Origin: Styela clava
Taxonomy: Eukaryota
NCBI RefSeq assembly: GCF_964204865.1
Contig: NC_135261.1
Coordinates: 10,788,001-10,852,000, forward strand
DNA: 64,000 bases
Reading direction: 5' to 3'
The position numbers and the translations under genes are program-made. Shown in pieces: positions 40,501 to 54,423 of this stretch; positions within the stretch are counted from its first letter, which is position 1; each line of letters starts with the position of its first letter. The notes under the pieces are model-generated. The model saw nothing but the letters and a program-made list of their open reading frames with translations, was not told where the DNA came from and ran no database searches.

Positions 40501-41413
40501 TTAAGGGCATTTATGTATACAATGATTGATGATCGCACTGATAGACTGTCCGTCATCAAATTTACCAATATGGTTCACGCGTTTGGTGTGGACGAAGAGA
40601 CTTCGTCGGATCTTCGTGACGTACTCGATAAGGATAAAGACGGTGAGTTAGTGTTGAACTACATGTTATATTGTATTTCAGAGCACTGACTAATAGTTAT
40701 TTATTTAAAAATAAATACTGTCTTGTATTCATCATACTGTTTTATTTTAATGAGCATTCGCAACATCGCGGCATTATAAAAAACAACGTCACATCTCACA
40801 AATCTAATACCAACGATGAAAATGGATCTGGATTGTGCTATCATAAGCATATAAATGAAAAAAGTATAGTGTCAATGAATGATAAAGAAACGACCCTGTT
40901 AATTAAATTCCTTTCAAAATAGTTCTCGAGCTTGTTTAACTTCGAACTGAACAGCGTGGTTCTTTGTATCTAATATATCATACTATCGTGTTATTTCAAT
41001 TAGATACTACTCCTTAATAAGTGCTTTTATATGCCCTGATAAAGTTTTTGTGTATAGAAATGTAGAACGTCGCGAATTACATTGCTTTACAAACATCGTC
41101 TGTGCTTCATATATCCTCAAAGTGTCGTGCATATTGAGTATGCGAGATTCCAAATGTGATAAATAAACTGAAGTGGCGTTACTGATTCCTAATTATTTTT
41201 CAAGTTTTTATTTCCTTCCATACTGAACATTCAGGCAGCATATTTTCATAAAATTACACGTCTTTATATCGTGCAGGTTTTATTAGCGAAGAAGAGATCG
41301 AAGCTATAACAGATGTCACCGATGAGATGTGGTTGGGATTTTTAGATGAAACAGATGAATACAAAGAGGTAGAAGACTTCAGGAAAAGTAAAAAAGAAAA
41401 AGAGGAACTATAG
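37580..41413 (+). pseudogene. J4: full 7-exon copy with an exon-1 frameshift
   Basis: Same AAAA->AAA deletion as J3 (37802-37804), giving FKLGEMMIT*. The remaining exons are present and look open, ending KEKEEL*. Confidence 0.8.
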
Positions 41414-43358
41414 AACTAAAACATTCAAAAAAAATTTGACCTTAGATTTTGTGAAAATTACCACGAATGTAAATTTTTTGCAATGATTTAATTGTGCTAA
41501 TAGTTATGTTTGATCAATTGTAAATAATATTGTGATGAAGAGCGGTGACAATTTTGAAATATATAACTGAATTGAAAAATGTTGATTTTTTTATCTTTCA
41601 ATTTTGTAATGGCATTGGTTTAGTTGAGCGTAACGACAAGCACTTATTCATAGAAAAAACGTTAAGAAACCTTAATTTCGAAAAAGCAGTGAATAAATTA
41701 CACCTAGCCTGTGTAAATACGGGCGGGAGACAGTGCTTAATCAGCTCAACTCCTGCTACACACGTTTGATTAACCACAAACATTCTTAATCATACTCATC
41801 ATTGTCTCAGTTATCGTCATCAAAAATGAAAGCCTACGCACTTTAGCAAATTCAGAAATACTATTCTCGAGTAGAGTCACGCAAACGTGACTTAATTATT
41901 CTGCTAGCATACCTAGAAGGTTGAATGCACAAGGGGCGCGCAGATGGCTAGTTTTTGTAGAAAAGCATACATTACCGAAATTACATGATCCGTATTATCT
42001 TACAAATCTTCGAATGCAGTAGAAAAAATATTTTTTAGGTTCAGTCAGTTGCGTGATTATTCCGTGTCTCTTGAATTAAGTATTTCCTCACAAGAAGCTT
42101 ATGTTAACTATAAGTTCCCACCGAGTACGTCCCTATATGAATGACTTGGAATACACTCATGTATTGGCTAAGTTTGTTTTCGTGTTGTGGTTTTAGTAGC
42201 ACATAGTGACATAGGTGTGCGGAATTGTACATACATTGTATTGTCGGCACAATTTTAGATTGTAACACATGTCCTGGGAGTAATATATGCGTAATTGAAT
42301 AAACTAAAGTTTTTGGCGGTTTTGCTTTTAAAAATAAGATTGAAATAGGTATTTAGAAAATTGATACTAATATTGAGCAAAATTAACTTGCTGTAAATAT
42401 ATCAACATTAGCACAGCTAAAAAGTTCTACAGTATCGAGATTTAATGTCCATGCAATTCGGCAAAGATTTATCAAATTTGAAAAAAAAAATTCGTTGTTA
42501 TTTTTAATTCAATAGTCAATTTTATTTTATATGGTGACGTACTCGGTACGAACTTGGAGTAACTCATGCTGTTCAATGTTTGTGATAACCTCGCTTTATT
42601 TTTCCATGAAGTTTTCTTGAATATGATTGTTCTGAAATTTGCACTATACGACGTCTCATGAACTGTATCAAACGTGTTAGATTAATATTACTAAATTTTA
42701 TATACTTTCCATGTATTTTTCTCTCAAGTTCTGGCCCAGGAAGAAATTATGCAATGAGACAATAAATCCTGAACAGACCCCGAGTAGTGCTATGTAACAT
42801 CTTGCGTAACGTGAGAAGAGAGTTTAAACAATAAATACAGCGGTGTCTAGGATAAGTTATATCCGGACATCAGTCATATCCTGTCAATGTTGAAGCATAA
42901 TGCGGAAGGCAGTTCGTGATGCGTGCAAGATGGGTAAAATTTAACTGCATATTGTCCAGGCATTACGAACCTTGCAAACTTTATAATACGGTATAGAATA
43001 GAACTTTGCGATAACTATCATGTCGCTGAGCTCCAGCTTTTGCTAAAGACTTGGATAGTAAGGCTATAAGATAGCTGTAAAAATTGGGTTTGAAAATGCA
43101 CGATTCAAGTATTGAGATCAGAAAGAATGTTAAATCATTGAAGATAATTTAATAGAAAGTACTCTCACTCATGGCAATCAGTGGAATGAATCGTTATTTC
43201 TGACAAAGTTAACAAATTAGGTGAAATAGATGAGAGATAAGTACTTATAAATTATATTGTTTATAAAATATGTTTATGAAAAAAATACAAACACTTATTT
43301 TAAATTTAGATTTATTTAAGTGAACCTTAAAAATATCAGAAAATAGTATCATATCACC

Positions 43359-46300
43359 ATGAGCATTGGCTTTATTACATTAGTATGGTTTGTTTCTCTG
43401 TCGTGCATTGTAGAATGTGGTGACCCTATGGGACATCTTCAATCCCTTGGCTCCCATATGCCTCCGATTAAAATAGATGTGATCCATACTCCACCCAGTC
43501 CACAAGAATTTTTTGATAAATACATTAAAGTTAATAAACTGGTCGTCATCAAAGGAGCTGCAAAAGTTTTTAGCAATTTCAAAACTTGGAGAGATGATGA
43601 TTACTTGAGGTAAGATGTTTGTTTTACTAAGAGAAAATGCTATTGTCATATTATTATTATTGACCTACCCTTAATAATTATGGATTCGCATATTTCTGTG
43701 TGCAAGCTTGGATCCCGAACGGCTGTAGTTACAATTCACGGCTTGGGGAGAAATTCTTGAAATTAGAATCAAAAATTATGCCTCTCAATTTCAAATGCCT
43801 TTTTTTCTTTTCAATTGCAATATTGTCGTCATAAAATCACCAAAAAAAAAAAAGTTTTTCTCATGTTATATCATACATTTTGCTCATTTAAAATGTTCAA
43901 ATCATTTGAAATAATGTGTTGCAACATTAATAGTCAACTTTGCACAAAGCTGCTTCGGAGTTTAATCATTAGATTTTAAGCAAATGTTGCAGAGCGCGCT
44001 GATTGGTAGTAATTAATATTTTAAAACCAAGTGGTCGCAAATTTGGCCGACATCATCGACTACATACGGAGGCATACGGAGCTTAAAAGATTATCACAGT
44101 GGAGCAGGAAAATTTAAAAAAAATAATCATTTGAGCATTATATAACATAAGGAATATTATTTCATTTTAATTATAACTTAATTTGTTTTAACAATTTCTA
44201 CACCACAGTGAAAAGTACGGTAAATGGATAGCTCCAACAGACCTCGGAAAATTTGAGGCTCAAATATACGGAAAAATATTTGAAATGAAATTTGCACGTT
44301 TTCTAAGAAGCTATAAAAAGCGAGAACTCTGTATAATTCGGGACATTCTGCCAGAGAACCCAATGAGAGGTAATTATTTACTACTTTCTGTTATAAATTT
44401 TGTACTCGTAAACTAAGTAAACTACCATCCGGTCACCTACAAATATTTGTCATATATTCCACTAAAACGTACTCTTCTTAGACGAACTATCTTTTATAAA
44501 ATCTATGTCGTGCGGTGGATACCAAGAACGGATTTCGAAGGTGATATTCCTATTTTCATCTGGTTCTGCTCAATCAGCACTACATTGGGATATGCAAGAA
44601 AATATGCATTGTTTGCTTGATGGTACGAAGAATTGGACAATTATTCACAGGGTAAATAATATTGTTCCTTGTATAATAAGTGAGAGAGGTATTATAAATT
44701 TTGAGCTTATTGAATTACGTATTTGCCACCAAAACTAATTTATTGTTTGACAAATTGACTGGATAATCATATTCGTAGAGGCAGCAGTCTAGTAACAGCT
44801 ATTGATACTAACATACGCATTTTTCATGCAACTCCTGTCCTCCATGAATGCGATGGCTTCAGTGTAGTTTTCAGCGATTTAAATTGTTTATTGCCTCTTG
44901 TATTGCATTTCAAACGACGAATTCAGTTAGAAATTTGCAGCAGGCTTTTTCCCCGACTACTTCACGACTAGTTTGATCTTCTCCGCGGGCCACACTATTT
45001 TTCCAGGTGGGTCGCATTTGGTCGCAAATTCAAAATTTTAAATCATTCCTAACCTCAGATGTGTATCAACTAATTTGTTATTTCAAACGTGGTGGGGTGT
45101 CTCCCTCAAATCTCACATTTTTGCATTAGTGTCGGGGGATTCGAACGAAAGATACGCAACTTAGACAAGTGCCTGAGCCAGTGTCAGGCATATATACTTA
45201 TACACCAATTCGTTGGCTATTGTAGAGTTCGAATTCGAATAAGTGTATGGAATTTACCTTAACAGAAAGATCGACACATACTCCCAAAGTCGGATCATTC
45301 GCCAGTGTATTCTGGAATTGATCCAAGAAGTGTTGACATGTACAAATATCTCGTAATGCAAGATATGCCTTGGTATCAAGCTCTCATTGAAGCAGGAGAT
45401 TGTTTGTTTGTTCCGAATAAGTAAGAAAAGTTTGTCATATATTAATTTTAATATACAAAATATCTATACTGTGCGCATATACCTAAATATATCTTTTTAA
45501 TAAGCGCACCGCACTACGTGAAATCGGGAGATTCGAGGAATATGGCCTTTTCTATCTGGTTCGATGCCCCGAGATCGCTCAATCTAACAGACTGTCCGGA
45601 AAATGAAGCAGATTTACCTGACTCAGTGCCAATTGGCCAAAGCGTAATATCAGACTTGGAAAGTGTAAAGTATGCCATAATACGATATTTCAATAAAACA
45701 TTATTATTCTGATTATAAAGTAGTTGCTTATATGCAATATTATAATGCAATTTTGTGGAACCTCATTACTACTGTCTGGCGAAAGTCACGGATTACTCTG
45801 AGAAGGCTTTTTTGGACGGAACCATACGCTTAATTAAAGCATTGTTTGTTCGACGGCAATGAAAGTAAGCACGCTCCTCAGTGAATATGTTAAAGTATCC
45901 GCGTAGCAAAAGTGGTTGATCCCCGATATATAACAGCATCTTTTGAAGCAAACTTTATGTTACATATTAGGAAATGTTCAGAAAATTTACTACTTTTTTC
46001 CGCATTTACCAAAATGTTCGTTTTGTATTGAAATTGCAAATTATTAGGAAATATTGAAAGGGAATTGTAATAAAAGAAATATATAATTCATTAGAATTCA
46101 TTTACACTTTTAAACTCTTTTGTCTTTACGTTTACCGTATTTGAATAATCGCAATAATTTTTGATCAGTCAGAAGAAGAAATTTACCTTCTAGAAACCCA
46201 AATTCGGGCTGATTTCATGGCATTAGCACCCAATATTATATCTTATAAAAAGTTCAGTAAAATAATTGACTGGTCTTGTTTATTGTAATTAAGGGCATTT

Positions 46301-47276
46301 ATGTATACAATGATTGATGATCGCACTGATAGACTGTCCGTCATTAAATTTACCAAAATGGTTCACGCGTTTGGTGTGGACGAAGAGGCTTCGTCGGATC
46401 TTCGTGACGTACTCGATAAGGATAAAGACGGTGAGTTAGTGTTGAACTACATGTTATATTGTAATTCAGAGCACTGACTAATAGTTATTTATTTAAAAAT
46501 AAATACTGTCTTGTATTCATCATACTGTTTTATTTTAATGAGCATTCGCAACATCGCGGCATTATAAAAAACAACGTCATATCTCACAAATCTAATACCA
46601 ACGATGAAAATGGATCTGGATTGTGCTATCATAAGCATATAAATGGAAAAAGTATAGTGTCAATGAATGATAAAGAAACGACCCTGTTAATTAAATTCCT
46701 TTCAAAATAGTTCTCGAGCTTGTTTAACTTTGAACTGAACAGCGTGGTTCTTTTTATCTAATATATCATACTATCGTGTTATTTCAATTAGATACTACTC
46801 CTTGATAAGTTTTTTTATATGCCCTGATAAAGTTTTTCTGTATAGAAATGTAGAACGTCGCGAATTACATTGCTTTACAAACATCGTCTGTGCTTCATGT
46901 ATCCTCAAAGTGTCGTGCATATTGAGTATGCGAGATTCCAAATGTGATAAATAAACTGAAGTGGCGTTACTGATTCCTAAATATTTTTCAAGTTTTTATT
47001 TCCTTCCATACTCAACATTCAGGCAGCATATTTTCATAAAATTACACGTCTTTATATCGTGCAGGTTTTATTACCGAAGAAGAGATCGAAGCTATAACAG
47101 ATGTCACCGATGAGATGTGGTCGGGATTTTTAAATGAGGCAGATGAATACAAAGAGGTAGAAGACTTCAGGAAAAGTAAAAAAAATAAGAGGAACTATAG
47201 AATTAAAACATTCAAAAACCTTGACCTTAGATTTTGTGAAAATTACCATGAATGTAAATTTTTTGCAATGATTTAA
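43359..47276 (+). CDS. J5: paralogue with an intact catalytic domain but a frameshifted C-terminus (no KEEL)
   Basis: Exons 43359-43609, 44209-44369, 44482-44651, 45266-45420, 45505-45669, 46294-46430 and 47065-47276. The last exon is 1 nt short before the usual TAG (ends 47200) and reads on as KKNKRNYRIKTFKNLDLRFCENYHECKFFAMI*. Confidence 0.78.
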
Positions 47277-49156
47277 TTGTGCTAATAGTTATGTTTGATC
47301 AATTGTAAATAATATTGTGATGAAGAGCGGTGACAATTTTGAAATATATAACTGAATTTAGAAATGTTGAATTTTTTATCCTTCAATTTTGTAATGGCAT
47401 GGGTTTAGTTGAGCGTCACGACAAGCACTTATTCATAGAAAAAACGTTAGGAAAACTTAATTTCGAAAAAGCAGTGAAAGAATTACACCTAGCCTGTGTA
47501 AATACGGGCGGGAGACAGTGCTTAATCAGCTCAACTCCTGCTACACGCGTTTGATTAACCACAAACATTCTCAATCATACTCATCGTAGTCTCAGTTATC
47601 GTCATCAAAAAGGAAAGCCTACGCACTTTAGCAAATTCAGAAATATCATTCTCGAGTAGAGTCACGCAAACGTGACTTAATTATTCTGCTAGCATACCTA
47701 GAAGGTTGAATGCACAAAGGGCGCGCAGATGGCTAGTTTTTGTAAAAAGCATACATTACCTTAATTACATGATCCGTATTATCTTACAAATCTTCAAATG
47801 CAGTAGGAAAAATATTTTTTCAGGTTCAGTCAGTAGCGTGATTATTCCGTGTCTCTTGAATTAAGTATTTCCAAACAAGAAGCTTATGTTAACTATAAGT
47901 TCCCACCGAATACGTCCTTATATATAGGAATGATTTGGAATACACTCAGGTATTGGCTAGGTATGTCTTCGTGTTGTGGTTTTGGTAGCACATAGGTGTG
48001 CGGAATTGTACATACATTGTAGTGTCGGCACAATTTTAGAATTGTAACACATGTCCTTGGAGTAATATATATATGCGTAATTGAATGCACTAAAGTTTTT
48101 GGCGGTTTTGCTTTTAAAAATAGGATTGAAATAGGTATTTAGGAAACTGATACTAATTTTGAGCAAAATTAACTTGCTGTAAATATATCAACATTAGCAC
48201 AGCTGAAAAGTTCTACAGTATCGAGATTTAATGTCCATGCAATTCGGCAAAGATTTATCAAATTTGAAAAAAAAAAATTCGTTGGTATTTTTAAGACTCA
48301 TAGTCAATAGTCAATTTTATTTTATATGGTGACGTACTCGGTACAAACTTGGAGTAACTCATGCTGTTCAATGTTTATAATAACCTCGCTTTATTTTTCC
48401 ATGAGGTTTTCTTGAATATGATTGTTCTGAATTTTGCACTATACGACGTCTTATGAACTGTATCAAACCTGTTAGATCAATATTACTAAATTTTATATAC
48501 TTTCCATGTATTTTTCTCTCAAGTTCTGGCTCAGGAAGAAATTATGCAATGAGACAATAAATCCTGAACAGGCCCCGAGTAGTGCTATTTAACATCTTGC
48601 GTAACGTGAGAAGAGAGTTTAAACAATAAATCCAGCGGTGTCTAGGATAAGTTATATCCGGACATCAGTCATCTCCTGTCAATGTTGAAGCAAAAAGCGG
48701 AAGGCAGTTCGTGATGCGTGCAAGATGGGTAATATTTAAGTGCACATTGACCAGGCATTACGAACCTTGCTAACTTTATAAAAATGCGGTATAGAATAGA
48801 ACTTCGCGATAAATATCATGTCGCTGCACTCCTGCATTTCTTTAAGACTTGGATCGAAAAGCTATAGGATAGCTGTAAAAATAGGGTTCGAAAATGTAAG
48901 ATTTAAGTATTGAGATTAGAAAGAATGTTTAAGCATTAAAGATAATTTAATAGAAAGTACTCTCACTTATGGCAATCAGTAGAATAAATCGTTATTTCTG
49001 ACAAAGTTAACAAATTAGGTTAAATAGATGAGATATAAGTACTTATAAATTATATTTTTTATAAAATATGTTTATGAAAAAAATACAAACACTTGTTTTA
49101 AATTTAGATGTATTTAAGTGAATCTTAAAAATATCATAAAATAGTATCATATCACC

Positions 49157-52100
49157 ATGAAAATAGAATTTGTTACATTAGTATGGTTTGTTTCTCTGTC
49201 GTGCATTGTAGAATGTGGTGACCCTATGGGACATCTTCAACCCCTCGGCTCCCATATGCCTCCGATTAAAATAGATGTGATCGATTCTCCACCCAGTCCA
49301 CAAGAATTTTTTGATAAATACATTAAAGTTAATAAACCGGTCGTCATCAAAGGAGCTGCAAAAGTTTTTAGCAATTATAAAACTTGGAGAGATGATGATT
49401 ACTTGAGGTAAGATGTTTATTTTACTAGAAAAAAATGCTGTTGTCATATTATTATTATTGACCTACCCTTAATATTTATGAATTCGCATATTTTTGTGTG
49501 CACGCTTGGATCCCGAACGGCTGTGGTTTTAGTTCACGGCTTTGGAAGAAATTCTCCAAATTAGAATCGAAAATTATGCTTTTCAATTTCAAATGTCTTT
49601 TTTACTTTTCATTTGCAATATCGTCGTCATAAAATCACAAAAAAAAAAGTTTTTCTCATGTTCTATCATAGATTTGGCTCATTTAAAATGTTGCAATCAT
49701 TTGAAATATTTTGTTGCAACATTAATAGTAAAATTTGCACAAAGCTGCTTTGAAGTTTTATCATTAGATTTGAAGCAACCGTTGCAGAGCGCGCTGATTG
49801 GTAGTAATTGATAGTTTAAAACCAAATGATAGCAAATTTGGGCAACATCATGGACTGCATACGGAGGCATACGGGGCTCAAAAGATTATCACAGTGGTGC
49901 AGGAAAATGTAAAAGTTTAATCATATGAGCATTATATAACACGAAGAGTTATTATTTCATTTCAATTATAACTTAATTTGTTTTAACAATTTCTACACCC
50001 CAGTGAAAAGTACGGTAAATGGATAGCTCCAACAGAACTCGGAAAGTTTGAGGCTCAAATATACGGAAAAATTTTTGAAATGAAATTTGCACGTTTTATA
50101 AGAAGCTATAAAAAGCGAGAACTCTGTATAATTCGGGACATTCTGCCAGAGAACCCAATGAGAGGTAATTATTTACTACTTTCTGTTATAAATTTTGTAC
50201 TCATAAGCTAAGTAAACTACTATCCGGTCACCTACAAATATTTGTCATATATTCCACTAAAACGTACTCTTCTTAGACGAACTATCTTTTATAAAATCTA
50301 TGTCGTGTGGTGGATACCAAGAACGGATTTTGAAAGTGATATTCCTATTTTCTTCTGGTTCTGCTCAATCAGCACTACATTGGGATTTGCAAGAAAATAT
50401 GCATTGTTTGCTTGATGGTACGAAGAATTGGACAATTATTCACCGGGTAAATAATATTGTTCCTTGTATAATAAGTGAGACAAATATCAACTAATTTGTT
50501 ATTTCAAACGTGGCGGGCTGTCTCCCTCAAATCTCACATTTTTGCATTAGTGTCGGGGGATTCGTACGAAAGATACGCAACTTAGACAAGTGCCTGAGCC
50601 AGTGTCAGGCATATATACTTATACACCAATTCGTTGGCTATTGTAGAGTTCGAATTCGAATAAGTGTATGGAATTTACCTTAACAGAAAGATCGACACAT
50701 ACTCCCGAAGTCGGATCATTCGTCAGTATATTCTGGAATTGATCCAAGAAGTGTTGACATGTACAAATATCCCGTAATGCAAGATATGCCTTGGTATCAA
50801 GCTCTCATTGAAGCAGGAGATTGTTTGTTTGTTCCGAATAGGTAAGAAAAGCTTGTCATATATTAATTTTGATATACAAAATATCTATACTTTGTGCATA
50901 TAACTAAATATATTTTTTCAATTAGCGCGCCGCACTACGTGAAATCAGGAGATTCGAGGAATATGGCCTTTTCTATCTGGTTCGATGCCCCGAGATCGCT
51001 CAATCTAACAGACTGTCCGGAAAATGAAGCAGATTTACCTGAAATGGCGCCAATTGGCCATAGCGTAATATCAACCCTGGAAAGTGTAAAGTATGTCATA
51101 CTCATAGTACTATATTATCATGAAACTTTATTATTATTATGAAGTAGTTGATTGCTTGAATTTCACAATACAATTTTGTGGAAACTTATTAATCAAATTA
51201 CTAACTGGCGAATTACTACTGACACTACTGGATCACTTTAAGAAGCAATTATATACGAAACCACGCGCTTGATATTTAATTACAGCACTGTTTGTTCGTC
51301 GACAAATTTATCGAATTGAAAACACGTTTTCAGTGAATATGGTAAAGTATTTGAGTAGCAAAAGTGGTCATTCTCAGATGGGCCCGATATAGACCAAAAT
51401 CTTTTTAACATATGCTACTTATTCTCGAATTTTTCACACTGTTTGTTTGGTATTAAAAATGCAATTTCATAGATAATATTGAAAATACCCGACCTCTTTT
51501 TTCTAAAAATTTGCCAATTCGGCTTTCATGACGTTATTATCTTTTTACCCAGAGCAAAATATTTACTCTTCAAGACGATACGAATAAGCAAGTTAAAATA
51601 ATATTTGAACACATATATATATGATCGAGAAAAAGGATAGAAATTCATCAAAAGTTATTTACATCTTCAAGTCAATTTCTTTTATTACACCTATTCCATT
51701 TTTACTGTATTTCAAAAATTGCTAATTCTTTGGGTTTTTATCTGTTTTAATTTGTAGCCAGAAAAATGAATTTATCTTTTAAAAACCTAAAATGCGGCTG
51801 ATTAAATAACATTAACACCTACCAATATATACTATAACAAATCCAGTGAAATAATGACCAGTTTTGTTTATTGTAATTCAGGGCCTTTTTGTATACAATG
51901 ATAGATGATCGAAGTGATAGACTGTCCGTCTTCAAGTTCAACAAAATGGTTCAGGCATTTGGCGCAGACGAGATGACTTCGTCGGAACTTCGTGACGTAC
52001 TCGACTCGGATAAAGACGGTGAGTTAGGCTTGAACTACATGTGGTATTGTATTACAGAGCACTGACTAATAGTTATTCATTCAAAAATACTGTATTGCAT

Positions 52101-52588
52101 CCATCATATTTTTCATTTTTCATAAAGATAGGCCTGGATTGTGTTATTGTAAGCATTTCAATCAAAAAACTATGTTGTCAATGAATGATAAACAAATGAC
52201 CCTGTTATTTAAATTGCTCTTTGAATAGTCCTCGAGCTTGTTTGAACTTGCGTGCTTACTTGTACGTAGTATATCCTTAAAGTATTGTGCATATTGAGTA
52301 AGCGATATTCTGAATGCGAATAAAACCAAACTGGCATTAATGATTCCTTATGAAGACAAAAGTGCAATGGTTTCATAAGTTTTGTTTCTTCTTGACTGAA
52401 ACATTTAGGCAGCATATGTTCATAAACTTACAGGTATTTATATTCATGCAGGTTTCATTACCGCAGAAGAGATCGAAGCTTTAACGGATGTCACAGATGA
52501 GATGTGGCCGGTATTTTTATTTGACACAGATGAATACAAAGAGGTAGAAAACTTCAGTAAAAGTAAACAAGAAAAAGAGGAACTATAA
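49157..52588 (+). CDS. J6: JmjC-EF-hand-KEEL paralogue, intact
   Basis: Exons 49157-49407, 50004-50164, 50277-50446, 50687-50841, 50926-51090, 51882-52018 and 52452-52588. LHWDLQEN, APHYV, DSDKDGFITAEE; ends KQEKEEL*. Confidence 0.9.
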
Positions 52589-53363
52589 AATTAAAACATT
52601 CAAAAAATTTGAAATAGGAATTTGTGAAAAATACCATGAATGTAAATTTATTTGCAATGATATTATTGTGCAACTATTTATGTTTTTTCAATTGTAAATA
52701 ATATTGGGATGAAGTGCGTAACAATTTTGAAATAAAGAATTGAATAAAGAAAGTTTTAGATGAGCGTCACCACAAGCACTCATCCATAGATAGCCTATAT
52801 CATAATGAAACCTCAAGTTGCTATAATCAGTGAATGAATGGCTCCAAATATGTGTAAATGTTTGACGGTGACGGTAGGTCTACTCTTGCTATTATACAGT
52901 TACACATGCAAGCGCTTTATCAACTACGGTTGCCTGCAAATTTCGTATACATTTTCATTCATTCTTATCATTGTCTTGTCAAAAATATCATTCTTGAGTA
53001 GGGTGAAACAAACGCGGCTTCGTTGTTTTTCTTAGCATACCTAGTAAATTGCATGCTCATGAGGCGCAGATAGCTAGTTTTTGTAGGAAGCTAACCTGAC
53101 ATAAGTTACGTGATCCATATTATGTGTACAACTCTTTAGAAGAATTAGGAGAACAATTAGACAGCGGTGCAATAGTGGGATTATTCCGGATCTCTTGAAT
53201 AAAGTATTTCCTCGCAAGAAGTTCATGTTAATTCTCAGTTCCCGAGACGGTCCTCATAGTAAATATCTGCCATACACGTATGCAGTATGTTTTTGTGTTG
53301 TGGTTTTGGTAGCACATTGGTGTGGGGAAATGCACATACATTACACATGTTCTGGGAGTAGAA

Positions 53364-54195
53364 CAGAGTCGTCCAACCTTTGTGGCCGAAGCGCCACATG
53401 TAGTTTACTGTTAATTGAGAGGGTCACTTAACATGTAGTTATGTTCTAGTTTTGCTACACTGACTTCAGGTTATTGAAAAAACAAACAATACCCTCACAC
53501 CAAACTTGCACAATTATTAGAACAATAAAACCGTTGTTTTCCAACCATTGATGGAGCGCCACCAGTGGTTATTCCCGAAGGTTCCGCCAAAAACCGGCCA
53601 AGACGCTTGACCATTTTCATCGCAGCTCCCAACAAATCAATGCCTCTAGTCGTACCCTTAATAGGGACAATGGCTGCGAGCTCTGCGAGCCAGGAGTACA
53701 ATATAAATTTACCCGCTTTTGCAATTAACGTTTCTGCTATAGAGTTCCCAAGCTCTTCAACACGACGAGTTATGATCTGTCTTGACATGCTATTTTTGCA
53801 AACACCTCTTTTATTTCCGGACATAAAACATTGGCAACCCGAACATTACATAATATACGTTCCTTGACGAATTCAATCTCAGAACGGCTTGGATTGTTTT
53901 GCGATAACATCATATAGAGTAGTAAAAGACCAAGAGTGTAAATTACTATGGCACTTTTATGTACCCATATTTTCTCCCAATTGGTTTCGATTAAAAATGG
54001 CTTGTTTGAAAGGGCTGGCAGAGGGCTTTTCAGGAAAAAAAACAAATTGTTTGTATCACATCTTTGTATACTACATCACTCGAAAAATAGTTTACTCAAT
54101 TTTTATTTATTCAATTCTGAAAAATATAGCGCGGTCCACTCGAAATGCTTCCGCGGGCTACATATGGCCAGCAGGTCACGGGTTTGACGACCCTC
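53364..54195 (-). mobile_element. Internally deleted hAT (Charlie/SPIN-like) transposon with transposase remnants
   Basis: Imperfect TIR cagagtcgtccaacc / ggtttgacgaccctc and 8-bp TSD GAGTAGAA (53356-53363 and 54196-54203). Minus ORF 53495-53824 has MSRQIITRRVEELG, VPIKGTTRGIDL and ITTGGAPSMVGK (compare TDGAPSMVG of Charlie/GTF2IRD2-type transposases). Confidence 0.88.
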
Positions 54196-54423
54196 GAGTA
54201 GAATATGCGCAATCAAATACACTGAAGTTTTAGACTTCGGCAGCGAAGGTTCAGGTTTTAAAAAAGAATTCGTTGTTATTTCAGACTCATGCTGTCCAAT
54301 GTTTGTACCAACTTCGCTTCGCGGGTGAATTACTTCTGGACTAAATTAAAATTTTCCCATCATATAGTACTTCTTTCCAAATGATTGAAATTGTCATGAA
54401 ATGCTATGCACCAAATTTATAAA

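Larger units (their letters stand above)
24094..51040 (+). repeat. Recent tandem segmental array, full unit ~5.8 kb, five units
   Basis: Introns and spacers are nearly identical between units. ATGs at 28023, 33411, 37580, 43359 and 49157 give spacings of 5388, 4169, 5779 and 5798; the shorter ones are explained by visible deletions. Confidence 0.9.

Noticed and set aside
31120-47554. Recurrent intronic or 3'-flank ORFs (MYFRALTN..., MTILKYITE...)
   Set aside because: They sit in intron 6 or the 3' flank, have non-ATG starts, and are broken in other copies; similarity follows from recent duplication.
28023-49157. The array as a pure assembly artefact
   Set aside because: Each unit has private substitutions and structurally coherent deletions, so the copies look real; the exact copy number still needs long-read confirmation.
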